The notes beneath the pieces are model-generated. The model was not told where the DNA came from. It ran no database searches and worked only from the letters and a program-made list of their open reading frames with translations. 64,000 nucleotides of DNA from a virus, in the IMG/VR virus record IMGVR_UViG_3300021171_000004, positions 1 to 64,000 of that record, one strand, 5' to 3'. The translations under genes and the position numbers were made by a program. Below are positions 9,057 through 17,560 of the stretch, piece by piece. How positions within the stretch are numbered: position 1 is the first letter of the stretch; the number at the start of each line of letters is the position of its first letter.

Positions 9057-9855
9057 ACTGTACCATCAAATCCCGCCCGATCCCCCGGGGAGCCCTGTGA
9101 AGAATTTCTATATCGAAGCTGTCATTGTTTGCCGTGAGTACGATGATTTTTTGCGGAGTACGCTTCCGCACAATAAACAACTTTTCGACCGAGTAGTTGT
9201 GGTCACATCTCCAGAGGATAAAAAGACGCAGAAATTGTGCGAATTTTATCATGTGGAGTGTGTCCAAACTGACGCGCTCGGTACGAAGCAGAAAAAGTTT
9301 TGCAAAGGCGCGGGCGTAAACGAAGGACTTGCCCGGCTTTCGAAAAAAGGCTGGGTTTTGCATCTCGACGCCGATATCTGGTTGCCGCCACAAACCAGAA
9401 TTTTGCTCGAACAGGCCCAGTTAGACGAGAAAATGATTTATGGAATTGACCGATTCAACGTCCGTGGCTATTCCAAATGGGAAAAATTTCTAAAGCGCCC
9501 TGTTTTGCAGCACGAATGCGGGTCCTACATCCATCTCGATAATTCTTTCCCAGTAGGAACCCGAGTGATGCAAAGTCACATGCATGGGTACGTACCAATC
9601 GGTTTTTTCCAACTGTGGTGTCCCGCGGTTTCTGGAATTAACAAATATATCGAAGGCCACGCAGACGCGGGCAAGGAAGATATTCTTTTTTCATGGCAAT
9701 GGCCGCGAGCCTCGCGAGGATTCATTCCGGAAATAGTCGCCTATCATCTCGAAAGCGAGGATTCAGGTTTTGGGAAAAACTGGGCAGGCAGGAAAACTTC
9801 ACAGTTTGAGCACGTTTCCTGGATACGAAAAATTCTAAGGTGGTTCACAAAGTGA
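9046..9855 (+). CDS. Glycosyltransferase, GT-A (family 2-like)
   Basis: VIVCREYDDFL, KGAGVNEGL, WVLHLDADI (DxD), IGFFQLW, ED. Confidence 0.85.
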   Translation: MPVELYHQIPPDPPGSPVKNFYIEAVIVCREYDDFLRSTLPHNKQLFDRVVVVTSPEDKKTQKLCEFYHVECVQTDALGTKQKKFCKGAGVNEGLARLSKKGWVLHLDADIWLPPQTRILLEQAQLDEKMIYGIDRFNVRGYSKWEKFLKRPVLQHECGSYIHLDNSFPVGTRVMQSHMHGYVPIGFFQLWCPAVSGINKYIEGHADAGKEDILFSWQWPRASRGFIPEIVAYHLESEDSGFGKNWAGRKTSQFEHVSWIRKILRWFTK

Positions 9856-10298
9856 ATTTAAGTGAACGGCCCGTAAACGGGCAATTGAAACACAAAATCG
9901 GCTCTGTCGAAATAAATGTCGATAACAAGGCGGGATGGGAAGACTACGATTTCGGAATGTATCTGGGAGATTATGTTCGAACTGTTCGACAAGAGCGCGA
10001 ACAATTAATTCAAAAATGTCGCGAAGCCGGAGCAAGAATGCTCCATCCGAACGATGGGTGGGTTGGCCGCGATAATGGAAAGCCGGTCGCGCTTCGGAGT
10101 ACCTATCCAGATTTTAATGACAATCCTAAAGTGGGGGATTTAATCGCGCTTGGATTCAGCATTAAAGATATAGATTTGTTTCGCGTAGTCGCGAAGGACG
10201 GAAATACGTACGCACTAGAGTTTTTTAGTTCACTTATTGAACAACCGTCTCTCGAAACTACTTTGGATAAACTTCTGAAGATTATCAAAAGATGGTAA
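9852..10298 (+). CDS. Hypothetical protein
   Basis: GTGA-coupled ORF, HPNDGWV motif. Confidence 0.6.
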   Translation: MNLSERPVNGQLKHKIGSVEINVDNKAGWEDYDFGMYLGDYVRTVRQEREQLIQKCREAGARMLHPNDGWVGRDNGKPVALRSTYPDFNDNPKVGDLIALGFSIKDIDLFRVVAKDGNTYALEFFSSLIEQPSLETTLDKLLKIIKRW

Positions 10299-10307
10299 GA
10301 GGGGCCC

Positions 10308-10604
10308 ATGGAATCGCGAATCTTGACAGAAGCCGAGATTGCGATTTGCGTGTGGAACTGTAAATCCTACGCCTATGATTTTAAAGCCATCCGTGGAAAA
10401 TGTGCGAACCCGCAATGCAAGTATCCATTGTCCGCGCTTACAGAGAATTTCTATTCGCACGAAGTAAGCGGTAAGGTTTGCGATCTCTGCCATACCATGG
10501 AAGATGCTGTTCGCCAGCAAACCGGACTCCGGGCCGCGCACGAAAATTGGAAAAAAGAACAGGAATCCAAAAAGAAGATCCTCGATAATAACAGGTACCT
10601 ATAA
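10308..10604 (+). CDS. Cys-rich hypothetical protein
   Basis: GAGGGG RBS; three Cys pairs. Confidence 0.6.
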   Translation: MESRILTEAEIAICVWNCKSYAYDFKAIRGKCANPQCKYPLSALTENFYSHEVSGKVCDLCHTMEDAVRQQTGLRAAHENWKKEQESKKKILDNNRYL

Positions 10605-10614
10605 AGGAGCCAGT

Positions 10615-10905
10615 ATGACAGAAAATGCCTCCACGTCAATGTTCGTAGAAGCAGAAAAAGCTGTTACGGATGTCGTAGCAAAAGTAGAAAACGAAGTCGG
10701 CAAAGTAGAGTACGTAACCGCCGAAGAATTTGAAAAACTTGTAGCCGAAGAAGAAAAAATAGTTGCGGAAGCCACAAAAATCGAGCATGTGGTTGTTCAG
10801 GAAGTGAAACAGGCCGTTGCGAACGTAGAAGTCGCTGCCGAAAGTTTTGTCCGGAAAAATATTGATGTTAGGGTCGGTTCGAGCCACATCAAAAATCCCG
10901 GCTAG
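10615..10905 (+). CDS. Acidic alpha-helical hypothetical protein
   Basis: AAGGAG RBS before ATG 10615. Confidence 0.65.
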   Translation: MTENASTSMFVEAEKAVTDVVAKVENEVGKVEYVTAEEFEKLVAEEEKIVAEATKIEHVVVQEVKQAVANVEVAAESFVRKNIDVRVGSSHIKNPG

Positions 10906-10992
10906 GTCTCGTAACGTACGGGTACCCAGAGCGTACGAGGGGTTTCCCCCGGTTTAACCTAGGCGTGAGCCGAAAAGCCGGGTATAATCTTA

Positions 10993-11068
10993 TGGCCTGT
11001 GGTCCAACGGGCAGGACGCGAAACTGTTAATTTCGACGGTGAAGGTTCGAATCCTTCCGGGCCAGCCA
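10993..11068 (+). tRNA. trnN: tRNA-Asn (GTT)
   Basis: Acceptor TGGCCTG/CGGGCCA, anticodon arm CGAAA-CTGTTAA-TTTCG, T arm GAAGG-TTCGAAT-CCTTC, encoded CCA. Confidence 0.95.
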
Positions 11069-11159
11069 TTCACTTTTTCCGAACCGGAACCTTAATCGGA
11101 ATCGCCACGGACGGGTATTTCAAATTTAGGTACGCCTGAAACAGCATTGCTTGTAGCAT

Positions 11160-11375
11160 TTATAGCTCCCCCGAAGATACACGAACAAGAAAATCACCAG
11201 ACGGAATTATTCGGCCCTCATGTCTTCGCAAGCAAACAAAGCCCGCAGCTAACAAAGCCTCGAACGCTTCCGTAATTGTACGAGCGTCCGATAGAAAGTT
11301 GTAGCGCACAAAATACAGGTCTTTGGTTTTCTTCGAAAGTTGCGTGACGGAAACAGTCCATTGTTTTTCGGGCAT
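11160..11375 (-). CDS. Hypothetical protein
   Basis: TGATG-coupled downstream of the recombinase. Confidence 0.55.
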   Translation of the reverse strand: MPEKQWTVSVTQLSKKTKDLYFVRYNFLSDARTITEAFEALLAAGFVCLRRHEGRIIPSGDFLVRVSSGEL

Positions 11376-11932
11376 CAGAATATTGACATCAGGGCATCGT
11401 GTGTTTTTTCCGCGACTTCGGCATCGTTTAGATGAACGTACTTCATAGTCGAGCTAATCGAAGCGTGCCCGAGTCTTTGTTGAACCACCGCTAGGTTCAC
11501 ATTCGCACGAATCAAATGGGTAGCTATCGAGTGCTTTAAGCTGTGTGGTCCGAAATTGATTCCAGCTTTTCGTGCGTGTTTGTGAAAAATAAAATTGAAT
11601 GATTTCGGATGCAAGGTCCCACCCTTCGCGCTCGGAAATAGCGCGTCTCCCGCATCCGTAGGGCGAACTCTCATCCAATCCCGGAGCCCCCTCTCCAAAT
11701 TTAAGAGTGGTTCGCCCTTATGATTTTCCAAGGGTTGAAGTGTGTGTTTTGAACCTTTCAACCGTTTGATCGAAAGCGCACCGTCAATAATATCAGTTGT
11801 CCGTAGCGCCGTGACTTCCCCAGCGCGAAGGCCGTGACGGTACGCACACAAAATCAAAAGCCAGTCCCGCAGGGACTCAGCACGAGCGATTTTCAGGACG
11901 GACAAAAGTTCAGACGGTTGCAGATAGTTCAT
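11375..11932 (-). CDS. Short tyrosine recombinase (FimB/XerC-like catalytic domain, 185 aa)
   Basis: RHGLRAGE, RLKGS, HSLKHS, LGHASISSTMKY; likely start MNYLQPSELL. Confidence 0.9.
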   Translation of the reverse strand: MNYLQPSELLSVLKIARAESLRDWLLILCAYRHGLRAGEVTALRTTDIIDGALSIKRLKGSKHTLQPLENHKGEPLLNLERGLRDWMRVRPTDAGDALFPSAKGGTLHPKSFNFIFHKHARKAGINFGPHSLKHSIATHLIRANVNLAVVQQRLGHASISSTMKYVHLNDAEVAEKTHDALMSIF

Positions 11933-12167
11933 CAGAGTTTTCCTTTTTCGGACGTTCGCCCTCACCTGGCGTGAAGCCATCCGGGTCATTGTTGAGAGCG
12001 TACGAACCTTTGCATTCAAGATGCATGTACCAATCTTGCCAGTCGCCCTGCCACATTCCTTTGAAATGATAGCAGGTTTCTCCTGTTTCAATTTTTTGGT
12101 AGCACCATTCGCAGCGATGCGGTTTTCTCGCTTGGAGGTTTTTTCCTTCTCCGAAATCGCTCATCAC
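11910..12167 (-). CDS. Zn-finger hypothetical protein
   Basis: ARKPHRCEWC...HLEC. Confidence 0.7.
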   Translation of the reverse strand: MMSDFGEGKNLQARKPHRCEWCYQKIETGETCYHFKGMWQGDWQDWYMHLECKGSYALNNDPDGFTPGEGERPKKENSDELSATV

Positions 12168-12367
12168 GAACTCCTAGGATGCGAACTACTCATAAGTTCT
12201 ACGTTCGCGCCATCGTAAAAATCTTTCAGCGAATCGGTCCAATATTCAATCACGTCCGAATCAATCGGTTGTCCGTATTTGAACTGAATCAGGATTTCTT
12301 CACTGCCGGGATTTATTCCAGCGGACTTTTCACCACACCAAGAAATATAGAATTTCAGCCAAGTCAT
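12164..12367 (-). CDS. Hypothetical protein
   Basis: ATGA-coupled in operon. Confidence 0.6.
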   Translation of the reverse strand: MTWLKFYISWCGEKSAGINPGSEEILIQFKYGQPIDSDVIEYWTDSLKDFYDGANVELMSSSHPRSS

Positions 12368-12552
12368 ACAGTCATCCCTTCTTCACGCTGTTTTTCGTAC
12401 AGACGAATGTATTCTTTTATTTTAGGCGAGAAACAAAGCATTGCGCCGAGTTGTTTTGTGGTGCCGTGCGGAACGTCTCCGAACGTTTCTGAGTATTTAA
12501 CCCAGCATTCGTGCAGAGTTTCCGCCAATCGAATTAATCCTTCGTCTTTCAT
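12364..12552 (-). CDS. Hypothetical protein, first gene of recombinase operon (probably leaderless)
   Basis: ATG 7 nt after putative -10 box. Confidence 0.55.
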   Translation of the reverse strand: MKDEGLIRLAETLHECWVKYSETFGDVPHGTTKQLGAMLCFSPKIKEYIRLYEKQREEGMTV

Positions 12553-12559
12553 ACGAAGC

Positions 12560-12588
12560 ATGTTCACATAGTGAATTAAGGTTGTCAA
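12560..12588 (-). promoter_or_regulatory. Promoter of recombinase operon overlapped by palindromic operator
   Basis: TTGACA-17-GAACAT; site GTTCACATAGTGAAT at 12562-12576. Confidence 0.65.
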
Positions 12589-12771
12589 GTGTTTTTTCGT
12601 ATGTAAACACAAAAAGGCCAGCGCCCAGTTACAACTCCTTGGCCCCACTAACAAACATAGTGTACGAAAACTGTTTTTAGCCGTCTGTCCACTTTTGCAC
12701 ACCTTTTAGTTTATTTTTGTTTGCCTCCGAACGGAGCCATGAAGTAATAGTACTCCAATAGGAGCAAATCA

Positions 12772-13071
12772 ATGAGCGATTTTGGGCCCGCTTCGGGCAA
12801 CGGCCAGTTAAACGAATCTTCGCCCGCCTCGGTTGTATTTTTAGAAGTGCATACACAGGGACCTGTGACCAGCGCAATTTCTTCTGGTGTTCCGGGTGGC
12901 CTTAGCGGAAACGCTTCGGGACTCAACAATTTAGGTCCTGGCGATACCGCAGGCTCGAACTCTACCGCGTACGGGACCGTTTCAAATGGATCCGCAGTGG
13001 CTCCAGTGTTTACAAATTTTCAAAATAGTCTTGTGCCGAATGTGATGTTCCGGCTCAAGAACCCAGGATAA
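12772..13071 (+). CDS. Small G/S/T-rich putative virion protein
   Basis: AGGAG RBS; N-terminus similar to 13077 gene. Confidence 0.65.
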   Translation: MSDFGPASGNGQLNESSPASVVFLEVHTQGPVTSAISSGVPGGLSGNASGLNNLGPGDTAGSNSTAYGTVSNGSAVAPVFTNFQNSLVPNVMFRLKNPG

Positions 13072-13076
13072 AAAAT

Positions 13077-13346
13077 ATGAGCGTCGATCTCGGTCCAGCT
13101 TCAAACACAGGTGTCCTGTTCGCAGGACAAACTTCTTCAATCGAAGTTCATGTGGGCAACCCTCCGTCCGTGAATCTCGGAAATATTCAAACGGGCGTCG
13201 ATCCCTTGCCGCCTTCTGCGGCTCCCTACATTGACCCGGGCCAAGTAGGAACAAATATCACGGGCAACGCAGTAGTTCCCATCAACAAAACTATCGTTTT
13301 TACGGGTGCACCAGGAACTACGCAGACTATTGCAAATCCAGCTTAA
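13077..13346 (+). CDS. Small putative virion protein
   Basis: Shares D(F/L)GPAS..G and EVH motifs with 12772 gene. Confidence 0.65.
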   Translation: MSVDLGPASNTGVLFAGQTSSIEVHVGNPPSVNLGNIQTGVDPLPPSAAPYIDPGQVGTNITGNAVVPINKTIVFTGAPGTTQTIANPA

Positions 13347-13405
13347 CGCACTTCACATTGTGAACTGCCCGATTTGAAAATTTTAGCAACAAAAAGAGAA
13401 ACACA

Positions 13406-13825
13406 ATGAAGAATCCAAAAACATGGGCTGGAGCCACTCCCTATAATCATAGCGGTAAAGTGGACCACAGTTCCAGTGGCCGAAGCGAAGGCGCTTCAAG
13501 CAATTCCCGCGGGCACGCGCATCCAACTAAATCATGGAAAGGCGCTACGTCCATGGGCTATAGCAAGCCGACTGCGGACTCCGAAGCTCTGGACCCGATC
13601 CCGGGCAGCACGAACACGCATCCTTTGCTCCAAGTGAAGGAATCCACTGCGAGTCCTGCGTATGGTCCGGGCGCTTCGATGATCGGCGCTCCGAAAACTG
13701 GAGCAAAAACATTTGGCGCGGATCCCAAAGAAAGTATGCCTAAGCCTTGGCACAAGCGTGGGTACGATATGGCAGGCGGGCATGGTGTCGCCACAGGCAT
13801 GGGAACTGCTCGCAAAAGGCCGTAA
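13406..13825 (+). CDS. Low-complexity G/S/K-rich hypothetical protein
   Basis: 139-aa ORF. Confidence 0.65.
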   Translation: MKNPKTWAGATPYNHSGKVDHSSSGRSEGASSNSRGHAHPTKSWKGATSMGYSKPTADSEALDPIPGSTNTHPLLQVKESTASPAYGPGASMIGAPKTGAKTFGADPKESMPKPWHKRGYDMAGGHGVATGMGTARKRP

Positions 13826-13956
13826 TCATGCCGCTCAAAGGAGCCCGTTATCGATGGAAATCATACCCATCGGGCGAGAAGGTTCGCTTGGCATTCAATA
13901 AATCAGGAAAAGTCGTAGAAGTCAAGAAACCGGGTAAGCCTGCGCACAAAGTCTAA

Positions 13957-13985
13957 TTGACTTTCCGCCCTAACCATGCTATGCT
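13957..13985 (+). promoter_or_regulatory. Sigma70-type promoter
   Basis: TTGACT-17-TATGCT with extended TG. Confidence 0.6.
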
Positions 13986-14094
13986 AAGTTTCCAAAGAAG
14001 GTTATACGTGGGAACGAAAATGTCCGCGTTGTGGATTAACCTTGCGTAAGAAAACGGGCGAAGTGATTAGGTGTATCTGTGGGTGGTGGTGGAG

Positions 14095-14307
14095 ATGAGT
14101 TACGAACCGAGCAGACTCTTAGCAAATATACCGCTCGAAGAATACTACGTACAATTCGGATACGACGGCCATCTTCATATTGTGGACGACCAAAAACGTG
14201 CAAAAGAATTGTTCGAAAAGCAACTTCTAAATTTGAAAGCCGTGCCCGAATTTGGAAAAGATTGCTATGCTTGGGTGAGTAACAGACATCGTGATCGTCG
14301 AGATTAA
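14095..14307 (+). CDS. Hypothetical protein
   Basis: ATG at 14095 within the 14071 ORF, ATGA-coupled. Confidence 0.6.
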   Translation: MSYEPSRLLANIPLEEYYVQFGYDGHLHIVDDQKRAKELFEKQLLNLKAVPEFGKDCYAWVSNRHRDRRD

Positions 14308-14533
14308 CACCGATTCGACTGTGTGGTCTGCCGTAAAGCACGCACTCCGCGAAGCAGGCTACAAATATTTTCTACAAGAACAGCTTTACAGCCCGAACAA
14401 AACTCTTTTTGTGGAACCGCGAGCCATGGAGCCCGAAGGCGGAAAACTTTCGCATGGTCTTCTAGTTTACCAAGGCGGCGCGATTGTGGATTCGCACGTT
14501 CAGGAAGTGTACTCAGAGGAAATTCAAAAGTGA
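14291..14533 (+). CDS. Hypothetical protein
   Basis: Overlapping operon ORF. Confidence 0.55.
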   Translation: MIVEINTDSTVWSAVKHALREAGYKYFLQEQLYSPNKTLFVEPRAMEPEGGKLSHGLLVYQGGAIVDSHVQEVYSEEIQK

Positions 14534-14710
14534 AACTATGGACTACCTGTACACATTGTGCCGAAACAGTACAGGGTGAAAGAACCTATTACACGGGCGG
14601 ATATTTCGATACGTACGAAAAACACGAATGCGGCCCAGAACCTAATTTGACTGTCGCCCAGCATGTAACGTACAAACCAGTGCCTCTACAAGAGCCACAG
14701 AAGGTGAACG

Positions 14711-15394
14711 ATGCCGTCGATCAAGAAAAGTGAATTAGAAGCGCTTCGAGCCACAGCATACCAAGAAGGAATATGGGAGAAGCGATACAACGCAGAGAAA
14801 CAGTGGAAGAATTATTATCGCGATTGGTTGTATGATTATTCGAAAGAAGCGGGCGAGGCGAAGCGAACTCTTCAAGAAAAACTTACCATCGAAAATGAAA
14901 ACGTCGGCCAACTAAAAGATTTGCTCGCCCAAGCAGAATCTCGACTCACCGAACGAAACCAAACAGTCGCCAAATTCCTCCATAACGGAATCAATCTGGC
15001 CGCGGAGCATCGTAAACAACAGCAAGTTGCAATTGATTATTGTGTGGAAGCATTCGGGTGGCGCGACAAATACATTAAACTTTTAGTCGAGCGGGACAAT
15101 TTGCGTTCCGAACTCGCCCTGCAAAAAGAAATACCAAAAATGGTCGAGCAGGTTGTTCACTATGTGAACGAGTGGAATCCAGGAACGTTTTACGCGACGA
15201 AGGAACCCGATCCAATTCCGGCGAACCCGCCACAAACAAAATCCTATGCCCGTCTCGCAGTTGCCTTACTAATTGGCGCAACGATTGGCCTGACCATCCT
15301 GTGCGCGTACGAAGCTAAGATTATTCACAATCAGCGCGAACTTATTTTGGGACTCTGGAGATTCATTCAAGCAGGATGCCCGTTTACGGGGTAA
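14711..15394 (+). CDS. Coiled-coil protein with C-terminal TM helix
   Basis: Heptad-rich; LAVALLIGATIGLTILC. Confidence 0.7.
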   Translation: MPSIKKSELEALRATAYQEGIWEKRYNAEKQWKNYYRDWLYDYSKEAGEAKRTLQEKLTIENENVGQLKDLLAQAESRLTERNQTVAKFLHNGINLAAEHRKQQQVAIDYCVEAFGWRDKYIKLLVERDNLRSELALQKEIPKMVEQVVHYVNEWNPGTFYATKEPDPIPANPPQTKSYARLAVALLIGATIGLTILCAYEAKIIHNQRELILGLWRFIQAGCPFTG

Positions 15395-15864
15395 TAAAAA
15401 ACTCGAATTTTGGTGATTTCTTTTTGGAAGTTTTTGGCCAGATCGAATCGCTCGTTTGTTTTCACCCCGTAAAAATTACCTAGAGCCGAAAAATCCTACG
15501 GACATGCTCGAAGCGTGGTTCCACAATTTCATATAACTTTCCAATTTCTGTAGTTTCTGTACGTACAGAAATACATATGTGTGTCCTCTCTGACACGTTT
15601 TAGACGTGCGAACACAAGCATATTATGCTGTGCCAATACAAGCATATTCTGTCATACGGACACAAACGTCCGTCTACGGGAATATGATCCCGTCTAGTGT
15701 CTGTAATGTCCGTACCAAAAAGCCCATGCCACTAGCGCGTAGCACGCGATACGGATAATCCAGCCCACTAGTTTTGCTTTGGTTTTGTAGTGCGTCGAGA
15801 CACCTCTAGGGTTTAGTGTTACCCCTTAGGATCCTGCCCGGCCTATCAGGATCCGTACGGTACA

Positions 15865-16101
15865 CTATTCGCCTTGAGGAATGAGTCTGCTAACGAGTTT
15901 GGAATTGTACGGGACGATTCCTACCATACCCCAGACTTCCGTATAGTCTCCGTCCCGCACGTCAACAAAGAACGCATCATAATTGCCCGCGTCTTTGCCT
16001 AAGTGTTCCCTAATTGCCTGTACGTCTTGAGAATCGGACACCAGCGTTAGATGCTGGCCTAGGTTTGCTACTGTTCGCATTTTGTTTTTGCTCAATTCCA
16101 C
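15865..16101 (-). CDS. Early-region hypothetical protein
   Basis: GAGGTG RBS before GTG. Confidence 0.65.
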   Translation of the reverse strand: MELSKNKMRTVANLGQHLTLVSDSQDVQAIREHLGKDAGNYDAFFVDVRDGDYTEVWGMVGIVPYNSKLVSRLIPQGE

Positions 16102-16172
16102 GACACACCTCTAGGGAGTGTATCCCAGTAGACAGACTCCCGTGTGAGAGTCTGCCCTAGCGGTACACTGGC

Positions 16173-16556
16173 CTAGCAATGGATTGTGAAAATATTGCCG
16201 TTATCGCCTACGTACAAGTCACACTCTCCGAATGAGTGTGCTAGGTCCGTTAACTGGGTTGCGATGGGCTCTGGATAGTCTCCGTCCCAAAAGCCCGCAC
16301 CATGCCTGTTACGTGTGAGCCAAAAGTCATGGGGTATATGGGAATCAGGCGGAAAACTTCGCAGCACAGAATCGTCTAGGCCGGAAGTAAGCTTGTAGTA
16401 CTCTGTCTCGAATCGTTCGCAGTCTGCCTTAAACCGTTCGAGCGTAGCAGGCGATAATACCGCGTCCGAATACTTTGAATCGTCTAGCGGGATCCCGAAT
16501 TCATCCGTACTAGACCATAAAGCAGTTTCTATGTAACTTGACAAAAATTTGTCCAT
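16173..16556 (-). CDS. Conserved phage early hypothetical protein
   Basis: YIETALWSS...HDFWLTRNRHGAGFWDGD motif; GAGGTG RBS. Confidence 0.8.
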   Translation of the reverse strand: MDKFLSSYIETALWSSTDEFGIPLDDSKYSDAVLSPATLERFKADCERFETEYYKLTSGLDDSVLRSFPPDSHIPHDFWLTRNRHGAGFWDGDYPEPIATQLTDLAHSFGECDLYVGDNGNIFTIHC

Positions 16557-16651
16557 AAGTCACCTCACAGTAGATTCTTGCTTCTCAACAGGCAAGCAAG
16601 TGCAAGCAATTTGAACGCTAATGCTAGGGTATAGCGTCGAAACATAGGGTT

Positions 16652-16816
16652 TTATCCTTTGGGGTTTAGATTGAACTGAATTAGTTCTAAATGGCCGGTC
16701 TGAACTAGTTTCTTTGCGTCCCGATGGCACGTGCCTAGGGTTTCCCATTTTCCCGTAGACTTGCGCCGTGCCTTGACAATGTAATGATCCTCATTCCAGA
16801 CAAAGCGTAGTTTCAT
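16652..16816 (-). CDS. Small early hypothetical protein (54 aa, not in ORF track)
   Basis: GAGGTG RBS; MKLRFVWNEDHYIVKARRK. Confidence 0.55.
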   Translation of the reverse strand: MKLRFVWNEDHYIVKARRKSTGKWETLGTCHRDAKKLVQTGHLELIQFNLNPKG

Positions 16817-17199
16817 GGTCTCACCTCATACGTGATAGCCTCTTGTGGCGAATCAATGGGAAACACGGTTATGCGTGCCACTAGACGGCGCAATTCCTCT
16901 TGTGTTGAGTACATCTGTTTGGCCGGGTACGTGTCTTTGGGATTGCCAAACACACGATCATACTCCCATCGCCAACGTCGCCACACTCGAATAATTTGAT
17001 TCGCGGTCGCCTGAGAATTTTCCGAGTGTCGGGTAACTCCCGCAAACACTAGCTTGCCATCCGTACCGATACCGTAATGCTGATATTCGGTACCCGTTTG
17101 TTTTTGTTGCTGAATTACATACGTAGGATGCCATTGTCCGTGAGACAGCCATAACGTGCTTTTGGGCAGTCGGGCAACAAACTTTAGTTTTCTTCGCAT
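16813..17199 (-). CDS. Early hypothetical protein
   Basis: AGGAAGGAAG RBS. Confidence 0.65.
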   Translation of the reverse strand: MRRKLKFVARLPKSTLWLSHGQWHPTYVIQQQKQTGTEYQHYGIGTDGKLVFAGVTRHSENSQATANQIIRVWRRWRWEYDRVFGNPKDTYPAKQMYSTQEELRRLVARITVFPIDSPQEAITYEVRP

Positions 17200-17236
17200 T
17201 AGTCTTCCTTCCTTTCGATTGTTTGTTTATGCTGCC

Positions 17237-17560
17237 CTAGCGGGCAGGAAAAGAGTTTTGTACGGATTCCCATAGAAGTTTTGATCCACCAAACCAAAAC
17301 TGAGAAGCAAACTCTAACAGGGTTTTCTCTTCCTCTTCTGATAGATCATTCGCCGCTGTCCAAGGTTTAAACCAGTCTTGATATTCAAACTTCGCGTTTG
17401 TCGGCTGTCCGTACTCGTCTAGTTCGCCAACAATGCGTGTAGCGGGCCCACCTGTTCCGAGTAGGATGCGGTGTTCGCGCATCCATTCGAGTGAACCATG
17501 CGCGTGCTCATTCGCTACAGTTTGGAAGTCTTTCTCTGGTACGGCTATTTTGCTTTTCAC
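17237..17560 (-). CDS. Conserved phage early hypothetical protein
   Basis: ILLGTGGPATRI...EYQDWFKPW; GAGGTG RBS. Confidence 0.7.
   Translation of the reverse strand: MKSKIAVPEKDFQTVANEHAHGSLEWMREHRILLGTGGPATRIVGELDEYGQPTNAKFEYQDWFKPWTAANDLSEEEEKTLLEFASQFWFGGSKLLWESVQNSFPAR

Noticed and set aside
11069-11160. tRNA-associated HDV-like (theta) ribozyme
   Set aside because: Sequence after CCA is T-rich and I could not build the nested double pseudoknot.
11933-12091. 238-aa long form of the recombinase
   Set aside because: The extension overlaps the Zn-finger gene 11910-12167; MNYLQPSEL fits a FimB-like start better.
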